From positions 1,152,001 through 1,216,000 of the forward strand of contig CAXXHO010000003.1 in the NCBI GenBank assembly GCA_963667725.2: a stretch of 64,000 bases of DNA, in the 5' to 3' direction. A program made the position numbers and the translations under genes. Source of the stretch: Treponemataceae bacterium. Lineage in GTDB: Bacteria; Spirochaetota; Spirochaetia; Treponematales; Rectinemataceae. Below are positions 9,241 through 18,650 of this stretch, piece by piece. Below the pieces are notes generated by a model, which had not been told where the DNA came from, searched no databases, and worked only from the letters and a program-made list of their open reading frames with translations. Every line of letters starts with the position of its first letter. Positions within the stretch are counted from its first letter, which is position 1.

Positions 9241-11783
9241 CAGCAGAACGATTCATCGATCCGATAAACGACTTCGGTTCGGAACTTTATTCAATCATGA
9301 AACCGGCCCGCTATTTGGGCGGCGAACTGGGTTCCCATCCAAGCGTCGACCCAAACGACGAGCGCCTGAAAGTCGCGCTCTGCTTTCCCGACCTCTACGA
9401 AATCGGAATGTCGAACAACGCGATTCGTATACTCTATAACGACATCGGCAAGCTCTCGGATGAAATAGTCTGCGAACGCGTGTTCGCCCCCGCCCCCGAT
9501 TTCGAGACGCTGCTCAAGCGGCGTGGCATTCCCCTCTACACGCTCGAAAGCGGCATACCGCTGCGGGCCTGCGACATCCTGGGCTTTTCGATCGGCTACG
9601 AGCTTCTCGCCACCAATATCCTCACCGTGCTCGATGTGGGCCAGATCCCCATTCTCTCCCAGGATCGAGGCGAAGACGATCCTATCGTGATAGCCGGCGG
9701 CCCGGCCGTGACCAATCCGCATCCCTTCAGCCGATTTCTGGATGCCGTCTATATAGGCGAAGCCGAAGGTGGCTTCTATGCCCTGCTTCAGGAGCTGGCA
9801 AGGCTAAGGCGGAATGGAGCCAAGAGGAAAGCGCTGCTCGAATGCCTGCGCTCCTCAAAATCCATATGGATGCCTAAAACCGCCACGAGCGCAGCCAAGC
9901 CGGCCCTGCGAGCCGTTTTCGCTGATTTCTCGACATCGACGGCTTCCACGGCTTTTCCCATCCCGATAATCCAGACGATACAAAGCCACGGATCCGTGGA
10001 AATCATGCGCGGATGCCCCAATGGCTGCAGATTCTGTCATGCGGGTTACTACTATCGGCCCCAGCGCGTGAAATCGACAGCGCAGATTGAGACTGAGGTC
10101 AAAGCCCTCGTGGAAAACGGCGGCTATAGAGAAATAACGCTTTCCTCGCTCTCCAGCGGCGATTATCCCGACATCGTGGGGCTTTTCAAGAGGCTTAATG
10201 CCTCCTGGAAGGACCGTTTCGTGTCCTTCCAGCTGCCCAGCCTCAAAGTGGATTCCTTCACGCTGCCGCTCTTGGCCGAGCTCTCTGAAGTGCGCAAATC
10301 GGGGCTCACCTTCGCCGTTGAAACGCCTATAGAGTCATGGCAGGCCTCCATCAACAAGACAGTAAGCTTCGATAAGATCGCCGAAATTCTGAAAGAAGCC
10401 AAACAATATGGATTCAGGTCAGCGAAATTCTATTTCATGATCGGATTGCCGGTACCGGGAAAGGGCAGGGGGGAAGGGGAGGCGATCGTCGAATTTCTCC
10501 GAAAAATTGCCCAAGTCGAAAGAATCGCCCTCAACGTAAACATCGGAACCTTCGTGCCTAAACCCCATACGCCCTATGCCAGAGAAGCGCAGATAGGGGA
10601 AAAAGAAGCGCTGGATACCATCTATTATATAAAAGACGCGTTGAGGCCCTTTAAATACATCTCGATAACTTACCATTCCCCTTTTACCGCTCTTCTGGAG
10701 GGTATCCTGTCCAGAGGCGACGACAGGGTGGGGGAGATCATCCTCTCCGCCTACTCCAAGGGAGCCAGGCTGGACGCCTGGGACGAGCATTTCAAGAAAG
10801 AAACCTGGAAGGAAGTCTTCGCCGAGACGCTCGAAAAAAATGGTTACGACCCTTCCCTTGAGTACATGAAAGGCAAACCGACCGGATCAAGCTTGCCATG
10901 GGACGATATAAATCTATTTATTAGCAATAATTACTATAATACGGAGAGCAAGAAGTCGCTTTCGAGCGAGATGACTGGCGCCTGTACAGACGACTGCGAT
11001 CATCCCTGCGGAGCATGCAACGACGCTTTTCATTTAGTATCCAATACTATACAACCAGAACAATCGGTATTGGAGTCCAAGCCGGCAATTTCCGAAATTC
11101 TGCCATCGACGCGCGGATTCACGATTGGGGAGGCTTTTAAAACCTCCAGCGAAGATATACGCCTTGTGGTTTCCTTTAAAAAGGAGATGAATGCCTCGTT
11201 TTATCCATTACATTCAATATCCGGAATATATTCAAGGGCTTTTTTCATCCTGGGTTTGCCGATCCGCTTCACCGAAGGATTCAATCCGCTTCCTCGCATG
11301 GAATTCAGCCAGCCTTTGGCGCTGGGCGTTGAATCGGATGACGACATAATGGCCGTATGGCTCAATTCTTCGCTGGAAATCGCGGATTCCGGAGCTTTTA
11401 TCAAAGCTTTCAATAGCTGCCTGCCTAAGGGCATCGTCGTCAACGATGTACGCATCGGCAAAAGCCGCAGCGAAGGCAAAAACTCGATAGGATCCTTGTA
11501 TTGGGGATCTCGTTACGAGGCGCGCATGGATGATGACGAGAACTTTAAGCGGCTTGAAAATACCCTGACTGAAGCGAGCCTTCATGAGGCGATATCGACT
11601 GACGCGTCAACGAGATCCATTATGATTACGCTGAATGACGCGCATGGCGGCGACAGGAATATCATAAAACTTTTTTCAAACGCTCTGGACGCGGAAAAAG
11701 TATTGGATCATTGCTCGATACGAAGGAAAAGCAGCCTGATCTTGCAGGATGAAAAAGCTATAAGGCTATTTGACGCCTTATAG
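9237..11783 (+). CDS. TIGR03960-like radical SAM protein fused to a TIGR03936/DUF2344-like domain
   Basis: KPARYLGGE, FPDLYEIGMSN, RGCPNGCRFC (CxxxCxxC), FVPKPHTP, C-terminal FTEGFNPLPRMEF; GTG 9237 overlaps the rodA stop. Confidence 0.88.
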   Translation: MTAERFIDPINDFGSELYSIMKPARYLGGELGSHPSVDPNDERLKVALCFPDLYEIGMSNNAIRILYNDIGKLSDEIVCERVFAPAPDFETLLKRRGIPLYTLESGIPLRACDILGFSIGYELLATNILTVLDVGQIPILSQDRGEDDPIVIAGGPAVTNPHPFSRFLDAVYIGEAEGGFYALLQELARLRRNGAKRKALLECLRSSKSIWMPKTATSAAKPALRAVFADFSTSTASTAFPIPIIQTIQSHGSVEIMRGCPNGCRFCHAGYYYRPQRVKSTAQIETEVKALVENGGYREITLSSLSSGDYPDIVGLFKRLNASWKDRFVSFQLPSLKVDSFTLPLLAELSEVRKSGLTFAVETPIESWQASINKTVSFDKIAEILKEAKQYGFRSAKFYFMIGLPVPGKGRGEGEAIVEFLRKIAQVERIALNVNIGTFVPKPHTPYAREAQIGEKEALDTIYYIKDALRPFKYISITYHSPFTALLEGILSRGDDRVGEIILSAYSKGARLDAWDEHFKKETWKEVFAETLEKNGYDPSLEYMKGKPTGSSLPWDDINLFISNNYYNTESKKSLSSEMTGACTDDCDHPCGACNDAFHLVSNTIQPEQSVLESKPAISEILPSTRGFTIGEAFKTSSEDIRLVVSFKKEMNASFYPLHSISGIYSRAFFILGLPIRFTEGFNPLPRMEFSQPLALGVESDDDIMAVWLNSSLEIADSGAFIKAFNSCLPKGIVVNDVRIGKSRSEGKNSIGSLYWGSRYEARMDDDENFKRLENTLTEASLHEAISTDASTRSIMITLNDAHGGDRNIIKLFSNALDAEKVLDHCSIRRKSSLILQDEKAIRLFDAL

Positions 11784-11858
11784 CGTTCTGCTGTTCCATG
11801 GAGAGAGGCTTGAGTTTTCATGGCTTGAGCCGCTTTTCTTATTAAATGGTTACACTAC

Positions 11859-11886
11859 AGTAGACAGAATATACATTATACGAAGT
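11859..11886 (-). other. dif: dif-like XerC/XerD recombination site
   Basis: Minus strand ACTTCGTATAA-TGTATA-TTCTGTCTACT (11-6-11), intergenic at the convergence of two gene arrays. Confidence 0.78.
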
Positions 11887-11888
11887 CG

Positions 11889-12593
11889 CTAGTATTCCAC
11901 GTAGCTCGTCGGTATATAAGGCATGCTGTAGACGGTCTGCCCTATCGTTGACTGATCCAAACCGTAGGAAACCGAAAATAGCACAATATAGTAAGTATCG
12001 GAGCTGCTGCCGGTCGTTCCATTATAATCATCATCGCCGGCATTGAAATCTTTTTCAGAGAAGCGCACATCCGAACTTGTAGAATCAAGAGTCCTGACCA
12101 TTATCGATATGTCATTTGAGCTGGAGTCAAGTAACGGAGTATTGCTATCATCGGTCAACAGCCAATCAGCGGTACTGCTGATATTTATATAAAATGAGCT
12201 TTCATCGCTTGCATCTATAGGAATGAGGGGTTCGCTTCTCGAATAGCTGTTGCGAAGTCTGGAAAATTTATAGCTGCTTCCGGAGAGAAGGCTCATCAAC
12301 GAATCGGGATTATCGGCATATGAATCCACAAGGTCTGGAAGCGTTGTAGAAACCATCGCTGAAGCTGCATTCTCGTTCTGGTAAATGCGATAGAAAATTT
12401 CTATCCCTTTATACGTCTGGCTGGTTCCCTCAGACGACTCATAATTCCGAGGATCATTCTTAACGCTTAAACCAGCGTTATCCACAGACATGTACTGAGG
12501 AGGATAAAGATATGCCACTGTAGGCAGCCCGCAGCCCGCGGCGAGGAGCGCGAAAGCGAGACAAATCACGATACTGCGCGCATGCTTGGTCAT
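11889..12593 (-). CDS. Hypothetical lipoprotein
   Basis: Signal peptide with LAAGC lipobox; Ser/Asp-rich; SD AGGAG upstream; AT-richer than neighbours. Confidence 0.8.
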   Translation of the reverse strand: MTKHARSIVICLAFALLAAGCGLPTVAYLYPPQYMSVDNAGLSVKNDPRNYESSEGTSQTYKGIEIFYRIYQNENAASAMVSTTLPDLVDSYADNPDSLMSLLSGSSYKFSRLRNSYSRSEPLIPIDASDESSFYINISSTADWLLTDDSNTPLLDSSSNDISIMVRTLDSTSSDVRFSEKDFNAGDDDYNGTTGSSSDTYYIVLFSVSYGLDQSTIGQTVYSMPYIPTSYVEY

Positions 12594-12618
12594 TCGGCTT
12601 TATTCCTACTCCTATAAT

Positions 12619-12668
12619 AAAAAAGCAGGATCGAGCCTCGCTCAATGCGACGGCGAACCTGCTTTTTT
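12619..12668. terminator. Intrinsic terminator (bidirectional-looking) ending the long minus-strand operon
   Basis: aaaaaagcagg...cctgctttttt hairpin. Confidence 0.75.
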
Positions 12669-12696
12669 CTATATAAACCTGCTAAGCGATAAATCG

Positions 12697-13416
12697 TTAC
12701 TTATCGTATCCCTGGGCTTTCAGATAAATAACCCTATCCTTGGCGAGCTTGGCCCAATCGGTGTTCGGGAAGTCGGAGAGAATCTTGTTGTAGCTTTCGA
12801 GAGCCGCCTTCCATTCGGACTTGGCTTCGCCCAGGCGCGCGACGGAGAAATAAGCATGGGCGAGGTTGGGCGTATCCTCTTTGTACTGGGCGATGATTTT
12901 GTTGTAGTATTCGAGGGCTACGTCGGCCTTCCCCTGCTCTTCCGCGGCTACGGCTGCGCTTTCCAGAGCCAGGGGCGCCAGGTAGGTCTTGGGAAGCTTG
13001 TTGGCGGCCTCAAGACTGGCGGTTTCGGCGTTAGCCCAATCTTTCTTCACCGCATAGAGACTGCTCTTGGTAAAGAGAGCCTGCTGGGCGGCGAATGATT
13101 TCGGCCACTTCTTCGTCACGGTATCGATATCGGCCATGATGCCGGTTTCAATTTCGGTCTTTTTCGCTTCTTCGGATTCATTATTCCACGTGGCAATCTT
13201 ATTTCTTACTTCTTCCATGGCGCGCGAGGAGTTTTCAGCCGTGGAGTTGGCTATGATGGTATAGAGGCCCACAATCAGAAGAATGCCGACTACGGCGCCC
13301 GTGATGGAGAGAACGAGAACTTTTTTCTTGCTGATGAATTCGGAAAGCTTCTGGGTGAAGTCTTTTTTTCCCTCTTCCTCATTCTCGGGCTTTATGATTT
13401 TTGCCTTTGTTTCCAT
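12697..13416 (-). CDS. Membrane-anchored TPR protein (YfgM-like)
   Basis: One TM helix then TPR repeats; SD AGGAG before ATG 13416. Confidence 0.78.
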   Translation of the reverse strand: METKAKIIKPENEEEGKKDFTQKLSEFISKKKVLVLSITGAVVGILLIVGLYTIIANSTAENSSRAMEEVRNKIATWNNESEEAKKTEIETGIMADIDTVTKKWPKSFAAQQALFTKSSLYAVKKDWANAETASLEAANKLPKTYLAPLALESAAVAAEEQGKADVALEYYNKIIAQYKEDTPNLAHAYFSVARLGEAKSEWKAALESYNKILSDFPNTDWAKLAKDRVIYLKAQGYDK

Positions 13417-13423
13417 AGATTGC

Positions 13424-14935
13424 TCACTCCTTGGGTTGTGCAATATTAAGCTCTTTTATCAATCTTGATAAGTAGGTTCGCTGTATATTCATGGCCTTGG
13501 CTGTCGCCGTCTGATTCCAGCCATGAAGTTCTAGAGACTTCCGGATGAAGTGCGTCTTGAACACATTGATGGCTTCCCTGAGGTTTTTTCCGTTAAAGTC
13601 GTCGACATCTTCGCTTTTGCCGCCCAGCATCAGATCGCCGGCCGTGATCACGTGATGTCTGGTCATGACAGCGGCGCGCTCGACAGCGTTCTCGAGTTCG
13701 CGGACGTTGCCGGGCCAGGCATAGGAGAGCATGCACTCCATGGCCGAATCGGAAAACCCGCTTATCTGCTTGTTGGTTTCTCTGGCGGCCTGCTTAAGAA
13801 AATGCGACGCAAGGGCGGGAATGTCCTCTTTGCGCTCGCGAAGCGGCGGTATATAGAGGGGAAGCACATTGAGGCGATAGTACAGGTCGGAACGAAATTC
13901 CTGATTGCTCACCATGGCTTCGAGGTTTCTATTTGTGGCGGCGACGATACGAACGTCGACGGTCTTTGTTTCGGACGAGCCCACTTTCTCGAAGCTTTTC
14001 TGCTGGAGCACGCGAAGCAGTTTTGACTGGAGGCGAAGCGGCATTTCGGCTATTTCGTCGAGGAAGATGGTGCCGCCGTCGGCTATCTCGAAACGCCCTT
14101 TCCTGTCCTGATACGCGTCGGTAAAGGCGCCTTTCACGTGTCCGAAGAGTTCGCTTTCAAGGAGGGTTTCGGGAAGGGCGGCGCAGTTAACGCGCACAAA
14201 AGGTTTTTCGGCACGTTTGGACGCGTGGTGCAGCCTTTCCGCGAAAAGTTCCTTCCCTACCCCGCTTTCTCCCAGGATGAGCACGGAGGCATCGCTGGGG
14301 GCTATCCTGTCTATGAGGTCGACTTTTTCGGCTATCGCGCCGGAAGCGAACACGAGGGTATGCCAGCCTGAATTGGCGAGAGCTTTTTCATTTAAATATG
14401 AGAGTTCGATGGATGTTTTTTCCATAAACTTCGCGTTCTCGACGGCTATCGCCGCCTGCATCGCGAAAAGTTCGAGCCAATAGAGATCTTCTTCAAGGAA
14501 GTATCTGCCTTGCGTCTTATTGATCACTTCGATGACGCCGACCAGAACGCCTTTTACCTTCATGGGCACGGCGAGTATGGAGTTTGTCGGGAAATCTATT
14601 TCTTTGGAGATCGAGGGAGAAAATCGGGAATCGCCGGCCGGATCGTTGACGATGAGCGATTGCCCATGCTGGACCACCCAGCCGATGATCCCTTCCTTGG
14701 GATCCTGAACCTTCCCGGTTATTTCGGCTTTTTTCGGTCCGATGGCTATCTCAAAATGAAGTTTGCCGGCGACAGGATCATATAAAACGAGGCTCGCCGC
14801 TTCCGCGCCGACGAGCCTCGCCGATGATTCGATAATCTGCGACATGAGAACGTTTCCGTCGGCATAATTCGAGTTAATCAATGCGCAAACATCGATGAGC
14901 AACTCAAACTTCGCCTGGTCTATCGTCCCCACCAT
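13424..14935 (-). CDS. GAF-domain sigma-54 enhancer-binding protein (NifA-like architecture, Fis HTH)
   Basis: GAF (SILAVPM...GVIEVIN), GESGVGKE, ESELFGH, GAFTDA, WPGNVRELEN, C-terminal HTH. Confidence 0.93.
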   Translation of the reverse strand: MVGTIDQAKFELLIDVCALINSNYADGNVLMSQIIESSARLVGAEAASLVLYDPVAGKLHFEIAIGPKKAEITGKVQDPKEGIIGWVVQHGQSLIVNDPAGDSRFSPSISKEIDFPTNSILAVPMKVKGVLVGVIEVINKTQGRYFLEEDLYWLELFAMQAAIAVENAKFMEKTSIELSYLNEKALANSGWHTLVFASGAIAEKVDLIDRIAPSDASVLILGESGVGKELFAERLHHASKRAEKPFVRVNCAALPETLLESELFGHVKGAFTDAYQDRKGRFEIADGGTIFLDEIAEMPLRLQSKLLRVLQQKSFEKVGSSETKTVDVRIVAATNRNLEAMVSNQEFRSDLYYRLNVLPLYIPPLRERKEDIPALASHFLKQAARETNKQISGFSDSAMECMLSYAWPGNVRELENAVERAAVMTRHHVITAGDLMLGGKSEDVDDFNGKNLREAINVFKTHFIRKSLELHGWNQTATAKAMNIQRTYLSRLIKELNIAQPKE

Positions 14936-14973
14936 CGCCTTTGTCTTTTCTCAATATGCCGCAGCGCGGCAGA

Positions 14974-16704
14974 TCAAGAGGGTTTTTTCGTCGTGTCGCG
15001 GTCTTTGAGCAGATCGCCGATGGTGTATCCGGCATCCGCGTCCTCGCTCTGCATGAACTTGGAAATCTCCTCGCGCTGCTGGCGCTGAACCAGATCGCGG
15101 ATGGAAAGGCCAAGCTTCTGCCTCTCGGGATTCAAATCGATGACGACTGCTTTTACCGCCATGCCCACGGTGAAGGTCTTGAGGGCATCGTCCCAGGATA
15201 CGTCCCTGTCGGAACTGAGATCCTGCTTCTTCACGAGGCCGTCGATATCGCCCTGGACTTTGACGAAAACGCCAAAATCGGTGACGTTGGAAACGGTGCC
15301 TTCGACGATGGAACCCACCCTGAACGCTCTCGCGAATGATCTCCAGGGATCTTCCGAGAGCTGCTTTACGCCGAGGCGCACGTTTCGCTCTTCCGGGTTG
15401 CTCTCAATGACCACGACTTCAATTTCTTCGCCTTCGTGGAGCACTGATGCCGGGTTCTTGACCCTGGACGTCCAAGAAAGATCGTCTACGTGGAGAAATC
15501 CGTCGATGCCTTCTTCGAGTTCCACGAAGGCGCCGGCGTTGGTTACTTTCACGATCTTGCGGGTGAGGCGCATACCGAGGGGATAGTTGTCGTTGATGCT
15601 GTCCCAGGGATTGACCTGAACCTGCTTGAGTCCGAGTGAGACTTTTCCAGCTTGAATGTCATACCCAAGAACCATGCAGTCGACGAGGTCGCCGGGCTTG
15701 AGCATGTCTTCGGGCTTATGCACTTTCTTGACCCAGGAGAACTCGGAGATGTGGGCCAGGCCTTCGATGCCCTCTTCCAGCTCGATGAAGGCGCCGTAGT
15801 CGGTAAGCTTAGTCACCTTGCCCTTCACGATGTCGTTGACATGGTACTTTTCCTCGAAGGTGAACCAGGGATCCTGGCTGAAATGTTTCAGGGAAAGGTT
15901 GATGCGTTTTTCTTCCGGTTCGAGACGAATGACCTTGAGTTCGATTTCCTGGCCCTTGCGGACATAGTCCTTGGGTCGGGTCACGTGACCCCAGCTCATG
16001 TCGTTGATATGGAGCAGTCCGTCAAAACCGCCAAGGTCGATGAAGGCTCCAAAGCTGGTAAAGCTTTTCACCACGCCCTTGACCGTATCGCCGATCTGTA
16101 CCGTCTGGAAGAATGCCTCGCGGCGCTTATCGATGTCTTCCTCGAGCCACTTTCTGCGGTTGAGGATTATGTTGATCTTTTTCTCGGAATAGAGGCGCTC
16201 GAGATAGAACTTGCTCTTGAGACCGACGAATCCTTCGCCGCTCTCGACTCTCTGGATGTCGGCCTTGGAAGAAGGCAGGAATCCCTTGAGCCCGTGTCCC
16301 AGGTCGGCCTCGAAGCCGCCCTTCACTTCTTTCTCGATCGTTCCATCGACGGGCTGATGTTCCTTGAACGCGTTCGCTACGGCTTTCCAGAAGACTTTCT
16401 CTTCTGCGCGTTTCTTGGAGACAATTACCTCGCCGGAATGAGTTTCTTTTTTGACAAGGATGACTTTGACATCGTCGCCGACTTTGGGGGGTTCATCACC
16501 GAATTCGATTACGGGGATCTTACCTTCGGATTTGTATCCAACGTCGACAAACACGAAATCGCCAGCTATCTGGACGACTTTGCCGTCAATTAAATCTCCC
16601 TCCTCCAGCCCCTCGAAACTTTTGAGGTACTGCTCCTGCAATTGTGTCTGGAATTCGTCGCGGGCGGGAGCGGCGGCGTCCATTTCCACTTCCTTATTCT
16701 CCAT
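14974..16704 (-). CDS. rpsA: 30S ribosomal protein S1
   Basis: Six S1 repeats (FGAFIDLGG, YGAFIELEEG). Confidence 0.97.
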   Translation of the reverse strand: MENKEVEMDAAAPARDEFQTQLQEQYLKSFEGLEEGDLIDGKVVQIAGDFVFVDVGYKSEGKIPVIEFGDEPPKVGDDVKVILVKKETHSGEVIVSKKRAEEKVFWKAVANAFKEHQPVDGTIEKEVKGGFEADLGHGLKGFLPSSKADIQRVESGEGFVGLKSKFYLERLYSEKKINIILNRRKWLEEDIDKRREAFFQTVQIGDTVKGVVKSFTSFGAFIDLGGFDGLLHINDMSWGHVTRPKDYVRKGQEIELKVIRLEPEEKRINLSLKHFSQDPWFTFEEKYHVNDIVKGKVTKLTDYGAFIELEEGIEGLAHISEFSWVKKVHKPEDMLKPGDLVDCMVLGYDIQAGKVSLGLKQVQVNPWDSINDNYPLGMRLTRKIVKVTNAGAFVELEEGIDGFLHVDDLSWTSRVKNPASVLHEGEEIEVVVIESNPEERNVRLGVKQLSEDPWRSFARAFRVGSIVEGTVSNVTDFGVFVKVQGDIDGLVKKQDLSSDRDVSWDDALKTFTVGMAVKAVVIDLNPERQKLGLSIRDLVQRQQREEISKFMQSEDADAGYTIGDLLKDRDTTKKPS

Positions 16705-17350
16705 GTGCTTCCCTTAAGTGTAGAATTTTACTGTATACTTTCTCATAAACTTGCTCTATGGTCAAGCCGGATGTATCCAAATACAGGGCGTCAGGGGCGA
16801 TTTTTAAGGCTCCGACTTTCTTATTCTTGTCTATCCTGTCCCTCATCCTGATATTTTCAAGTATCGCTTCAAAGGTCATGGTCGAACTGCCCTGATCGAA
16901 ACGCCTTTTCGCCCTCTCCTCCACCGACGCGTCTATATAAAATTTGGCTTCGGCTTCGGGAAAGACCACCGTCGTCATGTCCCGGCCTTCAACGACGCTG
17001 TCGCGGTTGGCGGCAATCCTTCTGACGATTATGTTGACGATGTCGCGGATCTCGGGAATGGCCGAAACCTGGGATACGATGGCGTCTACCGCGGCGCTGC
17101 GGAGTTCCGCGTTCATTTTCCTGCCGTCGAGTATGATGGCGCCGTCGGCGTCGGAATCGATGTCCAGCGCGGAGGCGCAGGCGAGGAGCGCTTCCCTGTT
17201 TTCATACCCTATGCCGCGCTCGATGGAAGCGAACGAAATCGCCCTGTAGATATTGCCGGAATTGATATACGTAAAGCCCAGCCTGGAGGAAAGCAGCTTG
17301 GCGATCGTCGACTTGCCGCAGCCGGCCGGTCCGTCCATCGCTACGATCAT
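16694..17350 (-). CDS. cmk: Cytidylate kinase (bacterial type)
   Basis: DGPAGCGKST, EGRD.TTVVFP; directly upstream of rpsA. Confidence 0.94.
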   Translation of the reverse strand: MIVAMDGPAGCGKSTIAKLLSSRLGFTYINSGNIYRAISFASIERGIGYENREALLACASALDIDSDADGAIILDGRKMNAELRSAAVDAIVSQVSAIPEIRDIVNIIVRRIAANRDSVVEGRDMTTVVFPEAEAKFYIDASVEERAKRRFDQGSSTMTFEAILENIRMRDRIDKNKKVGALKIAPDALYLDTSGLTIEQVYEKVYSKILHLREAHGE

Positions 17351-18096
17351 ATGCCGGATTCCTTTTTTTTCGATTTTTCCGAAAACGAGCGCAAGGCCGC
17401 CACTTCCTCGGGCGAGAGCTCGCGATGCGCTCCCTCAGCCAGGTCCCCTAGTTCTATGGGGCCTATCCTCACCCTTTTCAGCTTGAGGGCGCGAAGGCCG
17501 AAATGTTCGAGCACGCGGCGGATTTCCCTGTTCTTGCCTTCGATGAGGACGGTCCTCATCTTTCTTTCAGAAAGGACATGGACTGATTCGGCCTTGTAAA
17601 GAATATCTTCCACCAGGACGCCGGCCTCGAATTCCTGGGCGAAGGTCTCGGGAATGTCCAGATCGGTCTCCACTTCGTATTCCTTGTCTATGAGACCGCT
17701 GGGGTGAACCATGAGAGCAGTCAGGTCGCCGTCGTTCGTGAAGAGGAGAAGGCCCGAAGACCATTGGTCGAGGCGCCCGACGTTGTAGACTCGTTCTTCC
17801 ACCGAAGTGCCCAGGAGGGATGCGGCAACAGGGCGGCCCATTTCGTCCGACATCGAGGTGACGAATCCGACAGGTTTATTGAGAGCTATATACCTCAGGC
17901 GAGTCTGCTGCCTGACGACTTTCCCGTCCAGACGGACTTCGTCGCCAGGAAAGGCGCTGTCGCCGAGTTTCGCGGCGCTGCCGTTGACCGACACCCTCCC
18001 CTCCACAAGGAGCTTTTCGCAGGCGCGGCGGGAGCCGATGCCGCAGGAAGCGAGATAAGCCTGGAGACGGATTTTTTCGCGCGGAGTCGTGTTCAT
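17347..18096 (-). CDS. rluB: RsuA/RluB-family pseudouridine synthase
   Basis: S4 domain, VGRLD, EGKNREIRR; follows scpAB. Confidence 0.88.
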   Translation of the reverse strand: MNTTPREKIRLQAYLASCGIGSRRACEKLLVEGRVSVNGSAAKLGDSAFPGDEVRLDGKVVRQQTRLRYIALNKPVGFVTSMSDEMGRPVAASLLGTSVEERVYNVGRLDQWSSGLLLFTNDGDLTALMVHPSGLIDKEYEVETDLDIPETFAQEFEAGVLVEDILYKAESVHVLSERKMRTVLIEGKNREIRRVLEHFGLRALKLKRVRIGPIELGDLAEGAHRELSPEEVAALRSFSEKSKKKESGI

Positions 18097-18650
18097 CCCT
18101 GTTCACCTTCCGTTTTATCAAAACGGTTTCTTTCTATTTCGCTCAGTTTAGGCAGGTCGGCGATGGAACCTAATTTAAAATATTTCAGGAATTCCTGGGT
18201 AGTGCCATACTGCATGGGTTTGCCGGGCACGTCTTTTTTACCCACTTCCTGTATGAAGTCGCGCGACAGGAGAAACCGCATCATTCCATCGGCGGAAACC
18301 CCTCGTATCGCCTCAACCTCTGCCCTTGTGATGGGCTGGGAATAGGCGATTATCGACAGGGTTTCCATGGCGGCGCGCGACAGCTTGGCTTCGTTTTTCT
18401 TGCCGTAATGATCTTTGAGGTATTCCCAGAGCTCCACCTTAGGGGCGAGTATCCATCCGCCGCCGGAACGGAGGGGCGCGAATCCGTGGACGGGCGATTC
18501 GTATTCAGCCTGGATGCGCTGGAGGGCGTTCAGGACATCTTCTTCGGACAGGCCCGAGACTCGCGACAGATAGGCTTCGCCTACCGGTTCGCTTTCGAGA
18601 AAGAGTATGGCTCCGATGATCGAAGCATCGTTTTCAGGAGTCTTTTCCAT
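18093..18650 (-). CDS. scpB: SMC-Scp complex subunit ScpB
   Basis: ETLSIIAYSQPITR, YGTTQEFL. Confidence 0.95.
   Translation of the reverse strand: MEKTPENDASIIGAILFLESEPVGEAYLSRVSGLSEEDVLNALQRIQAEYESPVHGFAPLRSGGGWILAPKVELWEYLKDHYGKKNEAKLSRAAMETLSIIAYSQPITRAEVEAIRGVSADGMMRFLLSRDFIQEVGKKDVPGKPMQYGTTQEFLKYFKLGSIADLPKLSEIERNRFDKTEGEQG

Noticed and set aside
11870..11886. Similarity to a loxP half-site
   Set aside because: No second inverted 13-bp arm; the dif 11-6-11 layout fits better
12478..12486. Perfect DnaA box TTATCCACA
   Set aside because: Single copy inside a CDS, with no cluster or oriC context
12607..12634. ACTCCTATAA as a possible second dif arm (dif module)
   Set aside because: No XerD-like arm; explained by the SD and the terminator A-tract
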